Origin: Epithemia pelagica
Lineage: Eukaryota; Protista; Bacillariophyta
DNA: 64,000 bases
Reading direction: 5' to 3'
Assembly (NCBI GenBank): GCA_946965045.2
Contig: OX337229.1
Span: forward strand, 2,480,001 to 2,544,000
In this document: positions 1 to 10,500 of the stretch, one piece after another
Layout of the letters: each line of letters opens with the position of its first letter
Numbering within the stretch: position 1 is the first letter of the stretch
Translations under genes and position numbers: made by a program
The notes under the pieces: model-generated
Told to the model about the DNA's origin: nothing
What the model saw: the letters and a program-made list of their open reading frames with translations, nothing else
Databases searched by the model: none

Positions 1-3000
1 TTTGAACTTTCGGAGAACCTTCGTTTGGCTCGTCTCTTTTTATGAGTTTCTCTTTTGAAAGACAGAATTCCACTGTTGATCAGAAAAGCATGAACCCTGT
101 GAAGTTTCCCGAGTTTCCCTTCCGTCGCTCGCGCCAAAGAATCTGCCCAGGCTGCTCGTCGTTCTAGTACCTCTCGATGACCGGCTTTACGGCGAGCTTC
201 AACAAGTTCCTTTTGAAGCCGACGAATCATTGACCTATCATCCAGAACTTCGTTGACAATTGGATTTGTGGTGACAAGCTTTGCCCGTGCAGCAAATGCC
301 AACGTCGACCTTGTCTCCTCTAGGTACAGTTCCGACGGTGTTGCGCAACAGATAACTGCCATTCTAGCGTTTCCTGACAAGGATGGCTGAAGTATCCTGG
401 TAAGCTTGGAATCCCGAAAATTGATATGGGTCCGAGTTGAGGATCCTAGGGCAACAATAACTCGAGATAGAGTCAAGAGACTAGAATTTGATGAGAGACG
501 AGCCCATTCGCTATCATCTACCGGACAATCATAGCTTACCTTTGGTTTATCATACCTCCTTCTTTCTGACGGTCCCCACTCGCTCCAGTGTGTCGAACAC
601 TCTCTGATCCAGCCAAGTCAACCAGATCCAAAGTTGACACAAGAATAGGACCGGAATTTTTCCCTTGGGCACTCCGCGGAGAGGCGACACTGTCATTGCC
701 ATTTTTGACTGGTTCCTTTGCCCTACTTTCAACGGTGATGCGGAAAACGGTGTGACTTCGAGACGAACGTTCATTCATTGAAGTTGCAGCAATCGAGCGT
801 TTCTTGTTCCCATGGTGAAGAACCCGTTGTAGTGCATTGGAGTCAACAACGATTTCCTCACGAGAAGGAACGAAGAACCCACGTTGCGGATCCTCACGAA
901 CAGCTAGTTTTTCTTCTTTCCCTCTTGCAAGTAGATCTCGAATTTCTTCGTTATAAATTTCAAGAAAGCTCACTCGGACCAAAAAATCTCTGTTCCTTGA
1001 TTTCTCAATGCTCCGAAATATGTCGGATGCGGCCATTTGGAGTATCCCTTCATCCTTTCCACCCATTCCCGACCCCTGCATCGTGTACGTCTTCCCACTA
1101 GATGTTTGACCATAAGTAAATACGACTCCATTCAGTCCTCCTATTACGGAATGGACGATCCCCTTGGCCATTGACGCATAAACATCTTTGGTACCGTTTG
1201 ATTCTGCAAAGGTTCTGTCAAACGTGAAGAACGTTCTTCCTATGATCTTCTCCTTTATGGGCTTGCCCTCTGGTGTTGTTTGAGTCACAGACGAGTACTG
1301 CGGGAACACCTCCCAGACCCGTTTATGTTGTCCCTCGTTGTCATTGAGTGGGCGCATCCGAATAGCAACTAGAACAAAGAATACCAATTTGAGCATTTTG
1401 ATGCAGGATTTTGTCAGTATCAACAAATCTGGCTTACCGCGAATTCCCTCTTCTGTGGACGGTACCGTTGCAGAATCACTCTCCGGTGATTCTACCTGCA
1501 CAACTTCTTTCTTCTTTGTCGTTGGGGTAGCCAGGGTCTCATTTTCTGCAAATCGAATGCAAGATCCTGCTACAGACCGTCCTTTCTTGCCACTTTTGGA
1601 AGCTTGTATGCTAGTGTCAGATGATACTGTGAGATGTTTGCTTGGTGTGGTCTTTGGTGATAATAACGGGATAGCTGAGACTCGATGAGAAGACGAGCAG
1701 GTTTCTTGTAGATTTTCTGAATTGAAGGATGGTACTATGAGAACCAAACTGCAACGATCACCGCGGTATCATAGTTCTACACTTACCTTGGCCTTTCATA
1801 TTCTTCGATTCATCTTCCACTGGCTGGGACACGGTGTCTAGCACCTCGTTCTTTGTACTTTGAATTGTCATTCCTTTATCAGTATCAGGAATTTTCTCCT
1901 TGTTTGGGGATGGCACTGGTTGTTTGTCCGCATTTGCGTTTGCTATCTCAGAACCTGGCTTCGATTGGTTGTTGTGGTCTTGATGATTGCCACATGCGTC
2001 ATTTGTTGAAGTGTCATTATCCATGGCAAGGTTCAAAGATCTGTTGAGTGACTTTGGCTTCAAATTCGATTTCGCGACTTCATGTTTGGATTTTCCTTCT
2101 TGTTGATCTTTCATAGGCGAAGGTTGGATAGCGAGGTTCGTGGAGTCGACCTCTCGCTTCGGTCGGTCCTTCACGAGTAGCGGACTTTTTGATTCAACTC
2201 GAGATATAGGCCGGGGTATGCTTGTTCTTCTTCCTCCTACACTGTCTTTGTGAGACACGTTCTCATGGTGTGCACAGCCTGTTTGCGCTCCAAGCGGTTT
2301 TGCTCTCCGTGATGTGCTGTTGTTGTCTAGAGGAGTGCGTTCAGTCTTAACCGGGCTGGCAATGGGTGTAGCTCCTCGAGGGGATTCCAGTCCTTTTTTG
2401 TCACGAGTTGGTGATGCGTGGAATTTGATGGATGACTTGCGGCCGCCACATTGAGCTTGATTCGGTTTGCCTCGAGGAGGTGTACGGTTCAGACCTATCC
2501 TATGAGTGTGCGAATTTTTCGGCGACGGACAAAAACGGCTGTGTACAGAACCGCTCGTAGTTGCCTCATCCGATGAGGGCTTGAGAGGTCTTGCCTTCTC
2601 TGGATGGTCTCCTTGAGGCTTGGGCTCTAATGCCTTGTTCGGAGCTGCCTCTCTATTTGGTGCGTTTGATGATTCCGGCACGTTTGTTTCTTTCCAGGGT
2701 GCTCTTGAATCGCTGACAATATCATCTCCGTCTGAAGGATCAGCGGATAGCGTTTTCTTAGGCTGCACTTTGCTGTCTTTTCCAATGGGATCATATGCTG
2801 CCTTGGTCATGGACGATGGTGCTCTAGGGACTTCAATGCTAGATCCTAGCGACAATCCTCGACTATGGGTTCGGTTCCGGAGAGGTGTTGATACCACTTC
2901 TTCACTACGACCTTGTTTGTTGTTATGCCGAGCTGGTGACGGTGTGAAACGACGAGAGTTTAATTTGAATCGAACCGGAGAACACGAAACAGCGTTGGCT

Positions 3001-4277
3001 TTCTCCTTTTCCTCTCGTCGCCGTGCGCTGCTTTGGGTCTCACGCATGAAATTTGCTCGACGAGGTTTCGACTCTGTTGGTTTCGGAGTTTTTGGTTCGT
3101 CGCTTTGGTGGACGCATGCCTCTTCTACAGCGACAACGTCACTCACATTTTCGGTCTTTGCTTGTTTCGGGCTACTGGGATCAAGGTGTTCATTCTTGAT
3201 ACCTTCGTCATCACCCCCTTCGTCTTCGTCACTTTTGTCTTCGTCACTTTTGTCTTCGTCACTTTCGTTATTGTCGTCGTCATCGTCATCATCACTTTCG
3301 TCGTCATCACTACTTTCACTGCTTTCGTCCCACTTTAGAACTGGAAGCCCTTGTGACTCTGTCTTATCAGGCTGTCGGAGAGATGTTACGTCACTTTCGC
3401 GCTCGACAGGTTTCTCAGGCATCGTAGGTTCTGGTTGGACACTTTCGGTTGTTTCCACTGGTGCGGTCGCCTTGTCTTCGTTACCATCATCACCAATCTG
3501 TCGCAGTACGAACCCCTTGCTTGGGACGTCTGCATTGTCGTAGTCCAGCAAATGTTTTGTGCTTATGGTCGAAGCACCAAACGACTTGGTCGCAATGCTT
3601 GGAAGCCTGTTCTCACTTTCGGATTCCACTGTGGAAAGGCTCTTGTCGGAGGATTCCGATTGGCTACATGTGCTGGCCTGATCGCTTGTGTTGGTCGTCG
3701 TCCCTCCTCGACCAAGAATTCTTCGAACTCTTTCAAGAAACATTCTGTCATCTTCCTTTTCTTGTTCTTCTGGTTTAGATGAAGCTTTGGACTCGTCTGT
3801 TTTGTTGGAGGGTGATTTTGCGAGAACAACTTGCTGTTGATGTTGCTGCTGCTGTTTTTGCCTTTGCATCATGTGCTGTTGCTTTTCCCTTAGCATTTGT
3901 TGTTGATGAAGCATTTGGTGCTGCTGTTCTAATTTTACGAGCTGTTGCTGTTGCTGCATCCTTCTATGCATCATTGAATCCCCATGAGCCAGTCGGGCCG
4001 CTTGAATCCGATCCTCTTCCAGCGCCCAATGGTCTCGGTCTTGTTCAATCTCATCTCTTTCTGACCTCGGAGTTGTTATCGGTTTATTATTATGAAGATC
4101 ATTGATTCTCTCCTGCGCAAACCATTCCTCCTCCTCAAAGTTCAAGCAATAGTCGTTAACAGTTCGATGCTTTGGAGCGTCTTGAACCTGCTGTTGTTCA
4201 GCTGGTATTTGGTTGTTCCCAGAGTCCAAGCTGACTGGGACTCGGCTTTTCATTTTCCTTGGTTGAGGTACCTCCAT
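1..4277 (-). CDS. Kinesin (kinesin-7/CENP-E-like motor) with a ~900-aa disordered N-terminal extension; 3' end runs off the window. Predicted exons 4277-1787, 1734-1438, 1368-540, 480-<1
   Basis: Motor motifs IRVAIRMRPL (after removing a 69-nt in-frame GTAAG..TAG intron), YGQTSSGKT, NERSSRSH, LVDLAGSE. After a 59-nt intron (539-481) the frame continues SLLTLSRVI..INFRDSKLTRILQPSLSGNARMAVICC..EETRSTLAFAARAK. The upstream ORF joins in frame via a 52-nt GTAAGT..ATAG intron (1786-1735), which is the least certain junction. Confidence 0.85.
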
Positions 4278-4522
4278 GATGGACAAGATGCGTGCATTGG
4301 GACTGGTTCGACCCTCAAATCTCCATAAAAATTTAGGATCGAATATATTCCAGCTCTTCTCTTTTGACCTTTTTTTGTTGTCTCGCTCAAAATAAAAAAT
4401 GGGCACGTCGCCCCGCGTGCGAACGAGAAGAGACGACTGCGCAGGGGCTATAGTAATTTAACGTCTATCCTGCTGGCATGCTATTGTAGTTCGAGTCGGT
4501 TATCATACAATAATAATATTGT

Positions 4523-4593
4523 AGACTTTCAAATTTCACGGTGATTCCCCTCACATTTTCTTTCGCAATGACCATGGCAGTCTTCCAATGTTG
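4523..4593. repeat. ~70-bp direct repeat; the second copy is split by the retrotransposon (6469-6505 + 12807-12847)
   Basis: AGACTTTCAAATTTCACGGTGATTCCCCTCACATTTTCTTTCGCAATGACCATGGCAGTCTTCCAATGTTG matches the joined flanks of the LTR element apart from a few substitutions and a 7-nt GTGATTC duplication. Confidence 0.9.
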
Positions 4594-4716
4594 TCAAAGG
4601 TACAAACAAAAAAGGCACGGATTCCACGCAGTCACATCCACTCATTGATCTATAGCATCGTCGATTAGCAACCACCATCACAGCAAGATTCTGAAAACAA
4701 CGAGGCATGGACACAG

Positions 4717-6295
4717 TCAAAAAACGAGTCGTTGCACCATAAATTGGTCATGTTCCTTCAACATAACCTGCGCAGCCTGCACTCCTGGGGCCCAAGTCTC
4801 TTCGGGATTTACGGCGATTGGATACTTGTCCACTCCATGGGTTCCTGCCCAATCAAAATCAACCACTCTAACTCTTCCTTCCTTGGTGACAAGAATATTC
4901 GGAGACCGTAGATCACCATGGACGAGATCCACTTTTTCAAATACGCTTAGGAGGCTCTTCAGCTGCTCTTGTACGTTCTCGCTTTCTTCCGTGCCACCGG
5001 CACCCCAACGGCGAAAACCCACGAGCAGTTCCATCACGACCATCATCAACCCTGAGACCTCTTGGACGCAATAAAGCTTTGGGGCCAAATCGGCACCAGC
5101 TGCGACCCTGTGTGCCTTTTCATTGTACTGTTCCGTGAATTTGACGAGGACGGGAGTATTTGTTGCTGTCAGCTCTGCAATAAACAGCATCCTGCGACTT
5201 TCAATATAAAAGGGCCTCAGGTATTTGAGACTAACTTCACCTTCTTCTATTTGACAACTTCTCGTATAGGGGAAGCCAGCTTGTGGATCAACCACTGGTG
5301 CTGCGGTATCCACTTCTTCGTAGAATTTCAACAGAGTCGAAAATCCATGACGGATAGCCATACAAAGTCGGGCTTGCTGCAGTCTTGCCTGCTTGTCGGC
5401 TGGGACTGGCAAAAATGGAACATTGCCGCTGAGGGGTTGAGCGCAAGGATAGTCGCACGCCCATACAGCCCCAGTAACACCAATTTCCTGTCCCAGTCCC
5501 AGTACTTCTACCAACATCCATGGGCAACAATGTCGACGGGGACCAATGTTTTTATCGCTTCCCCAAAACTGTACGTAGTACCCCATGTTCTCCATGTACG
5601 GATCTGAATCCCCTCTACCTTTCTCATTCTTAAACACAATGTTCGTACCGGCTTGCGAGCATGTTCCATCAGTGTCAAACTTGTCTGCAATGCATTGAAC
5701 GCCTATTGCTTCTAAGGCTCTCATATTCGTCATGATGTGCTTGTTGAAAATTTTGTTAATTTTATCCCGTCGGGAATTCTCGATTGTGTAACCATCGGGC
5801 ATAAATGCACATAGCTCCGCTGCAAAGAGGAAGTCTTCACCTTGTGCATCACCAGAGTTGATAATCTGAATCATTTCATGGAAAACTGGATGCATTATTC
5901 GAATACTGATCCAAGAGCATTCTGTAGGTCTAAGGCACATAACTTGAAGGTTGTCCTGGCTCTGCCACTTGGTCCAACCGGACGGCTTTCGGAAATCAGA
6001 AGGAGCGCCAATTCCTTGGTACTTCTCCAACCTGGTGAGAACTCTCTGTTTTTTTAAACCCAGGCTTACTCCACTCTTGACACGAAAACCAGAACGAACC
6101 GACTAGACTTTGTTCGTGATACGTGTTGGAAGAGGTGTCCGGCTTTGCAATTCTGGCTTTCCCATTAGAAAAATAATTGGCTACCTTATCTTGCATCATC
6201 AGGTCCCCAAAAACGCCCGCAATGAAAACCCTTTCGTTGGTCGAAAAAGCAGTGTCGTCCAAAACATCCTGCAGGGTGGCTACGGCTTCCGCCAT
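4717..6295 (-). CDS. Crinkler/fungal-type protein with restriction-endonuclease-like domain plus C-terminal protein kinase; predicted exons 6295-6185, 6102-4717
   Basis: Kinase motifs VLVKF, HGDLRSPNILV and VVDFDWAG. The upstream TDG..FKNEKGRGDSDPY..GYY motif resembles the CR-REase domains found next to this kinase class. The frame is open from 6102, and an 82-nt AAG|GTAGCC..CTAG intron links it to an ATG at 6295 (the start is tentative). Confidence 0.65.
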
Positions 6296-6505
6296 TGCTG
6301 TACAAGATACACTAGGTAGTAGGTCATGTTGGACCTCTTTCGTTCTCTCAAAGCACCAACAGCTGACCTGTGAGAGAAGTAGATGACAATCTTGGAGCAA
6401 TGCATGAAAACCTGAGAGAACGCTTGCTGCAATGCTACGGGGCCGTATAGGGTTAAGGATTTTACCACAGATTTTCAAATTTCGCGGTGATTCGTGATTC
6501 CCCTC

Positions 6506-6804
6506 TGTTGGAAATAATGAGCAAGAAAGAAAACACTGCGACGCGGGAACGCCTGGCGAATCAAGACCAAAGACAATGAAAGCAAGACCAAAGACAATGA
6601 AGAATACTATGGAGAACAAAACAAGCAAGACGAGCTCCGCACGCGTGTCGTTCGCTGACGTAGTCAGAAAAGGCAAGGCGAACAAATCGCCAACAAATGA
6701 ACCTAGAGCTCATTCTTTGGAAACAATCAAGCCAGTAAATTAGGATCATTTTCGACTTTACAGTATAGTGGGCAAAGCTGACGGCTACGACACTCTACTC
6801 AACA
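6506..6804 (+). repeat. 5' LTR
   Basis: TGTTGGAAATAATG...CTACTCAACA, identical to 12503-12801. Confidence 0.97.
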
Positions 6805-6818
6805 TTGTTTCCAAAGAA
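6804..6818 (+). other. Primer-binding-site position; not tRNA-like, and complementary to LTR 6713-6727 (candidate self-priming PBS)
   Basis: ATTGTTTCCAAAGAA is the exact reverse complement of TTCTTTGGAAACAAT at 6713-6727. There is no TGG start as in canonical tRNA PBSs. Confidence 0.7.
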
Positions 6819-6853
6819 AATTTACCTTTTTCCCTTTGTTGCACCTCTCCTCC

Positions 6854-7540
6854 ATGAACACTGACCCCACAGTGAGACACCTACAAGAAATCGACGAACT
6901 CATCCAAGAACTTGCCGAACTGAGTGTTCGCCAGCAAGAGATTGTCCGACGGCTCAAGGACCTACGAGATCCATCATCGGCGCCCGTGGCTACCGTGCCC
7001 GTGGCAAGAGCGCAGCCCAGCGGATACGAAACAGGAGACAGTGAGGACGGAGAGGAAGCGTCTGAAGAACACACCGGAACTTTCAAGACGAGTCGGGAGT
7101 CGGTCTCAAGTGCAAGCATTGCCAGTTCCACAGTTGAAGTTGTCGGCACTTTTTCCCCCAGATCAAACAATCAGGTGATCTACACTCCCGCTGAGAGAGC
7201 AGCATTACAATCCGGCTGCAGTCTGTGGACGTCCGACGTCACGGGGAATCGATATATTATACACCCCAGACGACGCAAATTTTGCGTGGGTGATATCGTC
7301 AAGGTCCTGAACCCAGCCTCACGTTTTTCCACCCGCACACCGACGATCCGCGACGGAACAGGAGTTGTGGCTAAGGTGTGCGACAAACAAGTGGTCATCC
7401 ATACCGACAGCGGTTACGACCTAAGACGAGGACAAGGCAACGTCCGCTATCTATCTGCCCAACAAGATGAGCAGTACGCAAGGGTCCAGCCCGTCAAACC
7501 CGGGCGGCGCCCAACCTACGCCCGGTACCACGCCGCCTAA
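6854..7540 (+). CDS. Extra retrotransposon ORF upstream of gag-pol (coiled coil, acidic linker, SH3/KOW-like barrel)
   Basis: 228-aa ATG-initiated ORF between the PBS and gag, overlapping gag-pol by 74 nt in another frame. Heptad-like LQEIDELIQELAELSVRQQEIVRRLKDL, and FCVGDIVKVLNP..GVVAKVCDKQVVIHTDSG..NVRYL. Confidence 0.65.
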   Translation: MNTDPTVRHLQEIDELIQELAELSVRQQEIVRRLKDLRDPSSAPVATVPVARAQPSGYETGDSEDGEEASEEHTGTFKTSRESVSSASIASSTVEVVGTFSPRSNNQVIYTPAERAALQSGCSLWTSDVTGNRYIIHPRRRKFCVGDIVKVLNPASRFSTRTPTIRDGTGVVAKVCDKQVVIHTDSGYDLRRGQGNVRYLSAQQDEQYARVQPVKPGRRPTYARYHAA

Positions 7541-10500
7541 TGATGGTGGAACTTCCAGTCCGAATCAAGGCAATCAAGGACGAGGACGAAGAGGAGGACG
7601 AGGACGTGGACGTGGTGGACGAGGAGGACGTGGTGGGCGCGGTGGTTATGCTACCAACCCCAGCACGTTCAAAGGAAACACTGATGACATGAACGGTCAT
7701 GTTTTTCAAGTTTTTTATGAGTGTAATGATAAGCGACAGTTTACCCGGACAATTGAAGCTTTAGAAGAATATTTTGCGAAGAATCTGAAGCACGCAGGAG
7801 ACATGACCACGCTCACGAGAGAATTGAAGAACCCAACGATCGAGGAGCCACCGGATTTACCAGAAGAAGAAACCAGTCGGCTCAAGATTGCGATTTTTGA
7901 AAAGAAGGTTGCCGCGTACGTCACGCGTTGCGACATCCTCGAGAGCAATTTGCAAGCGGCCTATGCAGTCATTTGGGGCCAGTGCAGTGAGGCCATGAAG
8001 GCCAAACTCCAAGGCCTCGAAAAATACAATTCCGCTCGGGACGGATGTGATTGTGGTTGGTTGTTGACTCAAATCAAAGCCATTCGACATAAATTCGAAG
8101 AGAAGCGATACGGGTACGCGTCACTCAATGATGCGTACACAAATTTTTATATGCATCGACAACAAGCAGAAGAGAGCCTCGCCGATTACCTTCACCAATT
8201 CAAAGAGAACATTGACGTTTTGGAGCATTATGGTGGCTCGGTTGGAATTGACAAAGGTTCCCAAGAATTGGTGGAGAAGTATTTGGACCCCGACGAGTCC
8301 ATCTCCTCCGATGAGAAGAAACGAGTCAGTCGCGAGCGTGCTCTTGCCATCCAGTTTCTCAAAGGTGCTGATCGAAAAAGATTTGGCAATCTGTTGATTG
8401 AGTTGGAGAACCAATTCACTAGGGGCACAGACCAATACCCCCCTGATCTGACCTCCGCTTATGGCATGTTGGTCAGCTATCGCGGTCCGAAGCAGCCATC
8501 CAACCCCTCTCAGTCCCCTGGAACACCAAGTTTGATTCCTGCTGGTGGTGGTGGCGGTTTACAATTCGCCCAAACGGCGTCCCCCGTTCCTGGTTTGGAT
8601 GGTATCCTTCATGAGGCCATCACGTGTTTCCATTGCCAAGGACCCGGCCACTATGCAAGTCAGTGCCCATTGCGTGGTGGTGATAATGGTGCTTCCAATA
8701 GTGCCAGTGGCAACTCGGGTGTCACTATGCTCCAGCAGCATGCTCCTTCCCCTCCACAGTACAATTTTACGTTCGCCATTGTTGATTGTTGCTTTTCGCA
8801 GCCACCACACCATTCCATCCCCGACACCTGGGTTCTGCTCGATAGTCAGTCGACCATTTCAGTTTTTCGGAATGCTTCCCTCCTTTCCAACATTCGCCCG
8901 TCGATGCACCCTTTAACCGTCTATACCAACGGCGGTCAACAAGTCTCACGCCTCCTCGGTGATATTCCCAACTTCGGTGAGGTCTGGTACAACCCCCAGT
9001 CTTTGGCCAACATCCTCTCCCTCGCCGCCGTTCGGCAAAGGTGCCGCATCACTATGGACACTGCCGGTGATCCTTCCATCTCAGTCCATCGTCGCGATGG
9101 CTCGGTAATGATTTTTCGTGAAAGTGCGATGGGACTTTACTATTTTGATGTTGCAGACCCGTCTAACTTTATTAACTCTACCTCTACTCCCTACCTGTTC
9201 CTTAACTCGGTCCCTCGTAATGCGACTGGTTTTTCGCCCCGGGAGGTCGAAGGAGCGGATCGTGCCCGTACTCTGTACAGACAACTCGGTCGCCCCTCCC
9301 AACGCGATTTTCTCGACGCCCTCACCAACAACGTCATCCGAAACTGTCCCGTCACCCCCGAAGATGCACGACGCGCCCTCCAAATTTACGGACCGGATCC
9401 CGCCACCCTCAAAGGAAAGACAGTGAAACGACCAACGGCCGCCGTGCCTCAACAGACGATAACGGACATTCCCGACCACATCAAACAAGAACACAAGCGC
9501 GTGACGATCTGCGCGGACAATTTTTACGTTCAAGGGCTCATTTTTTGCCACACTATTTCGCGACACATCAATTTCCGCACCGTTGCGGCCATAGCAAACA
9601 GGCGAAAGACAACGTTGGAGCAAGAACTAAAGGACGTATTTCACCTTTACAAGTCCCGCGGTTTCGAAGTGGTAGACCTCCACGCGGACAACGAGTTTGC
9701 GCCCCTACAAAACAGCATTCAACCAGTCATAGCCAACATCGTCGCCGCCGATGACCATGTGGGCCAAGTCGAACGATCCATTCGCACGATTAAGGAGCGA
9801 GTGCGATCAACGGTCCATGGTCTCCCTTTCCGACGGTATCCAGTCCTCATGGTACGCGAGCTCGTATCCCATGCGGTTCGGACCTTGAACCAGCTCCCCA
9901 ACCGAAAAGGAATCTCACCCACCATGAGTCCACGAAAAATCATCACTGGACTACCGGATCCTGACTACAATAGCATGAGGATAGAATTCGGGCAATATGC
10001 CCAGGTTTTTGAGGAGCGCCGCAGAACAAGCACAACAGAACCGCGTACCATCGGCGCCATCGCCCTCAACCCCACTGGAAACGCACAAGGGAGCTACTAC
10101 TTCATGTCCCTCGCGACCGGAGCGCGAATCTCCCGACACCAGTGGACGGAAGTACCTATCACCCAAGATGTCATCAACCGGGTAGAAGAGTTGGCAGCCG
10201 AACAAGAACAACCCATCATTAACGGCGAGCTTGTTTTTGAATGGGCACCCAATGTCCCGATCGAAGACCCTGAAAACATTGACAATGCAGCAGACGATGA
10301 CGATGAAGAAGACAACGGAAATAATGATCTACACAACGATGAAGATGAAGGAGCGATTTCCGATGAAGACAATGAAGACGACCCCGATGTGGACGAAGGA
10401 GCGAACGAAAATAGCTCCGACAGTGACGAACCATCGGAGCCTCCCATGGTATCAACCACGGATGAGGACAGCACAACAGAAGATGAATCTGATGTTGGTG

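Noticed and set aside
2620-3782. Long antisense ORFs (also 10097-10687, 21714-22733, 51660-52586, 59867-60736, 62264-62776)
   Set aside because: Shadow frames opposite real low-complexity or GC-balanced coding regions.
6032-6069. 38-nt introns (also 1786-1749)
   Set aside because: Very short and they do not restore the reading frame; alternative sites giving 82-nt and 52-nt introns do.
6300-6685. N-terminal part of the 229-aa minus-strand ORF (MFALPFLTTS..), repeated at 12389-12682
   Set aside because: Mostly antisense reading of the LTR plus its flank; the apparent paralogy reflects LTR identity.
6805-6825. tRNA primer-binding site
   Set aside because: No TGG near the LTR end; the sequence is fully explained by complementarity to the LTR.
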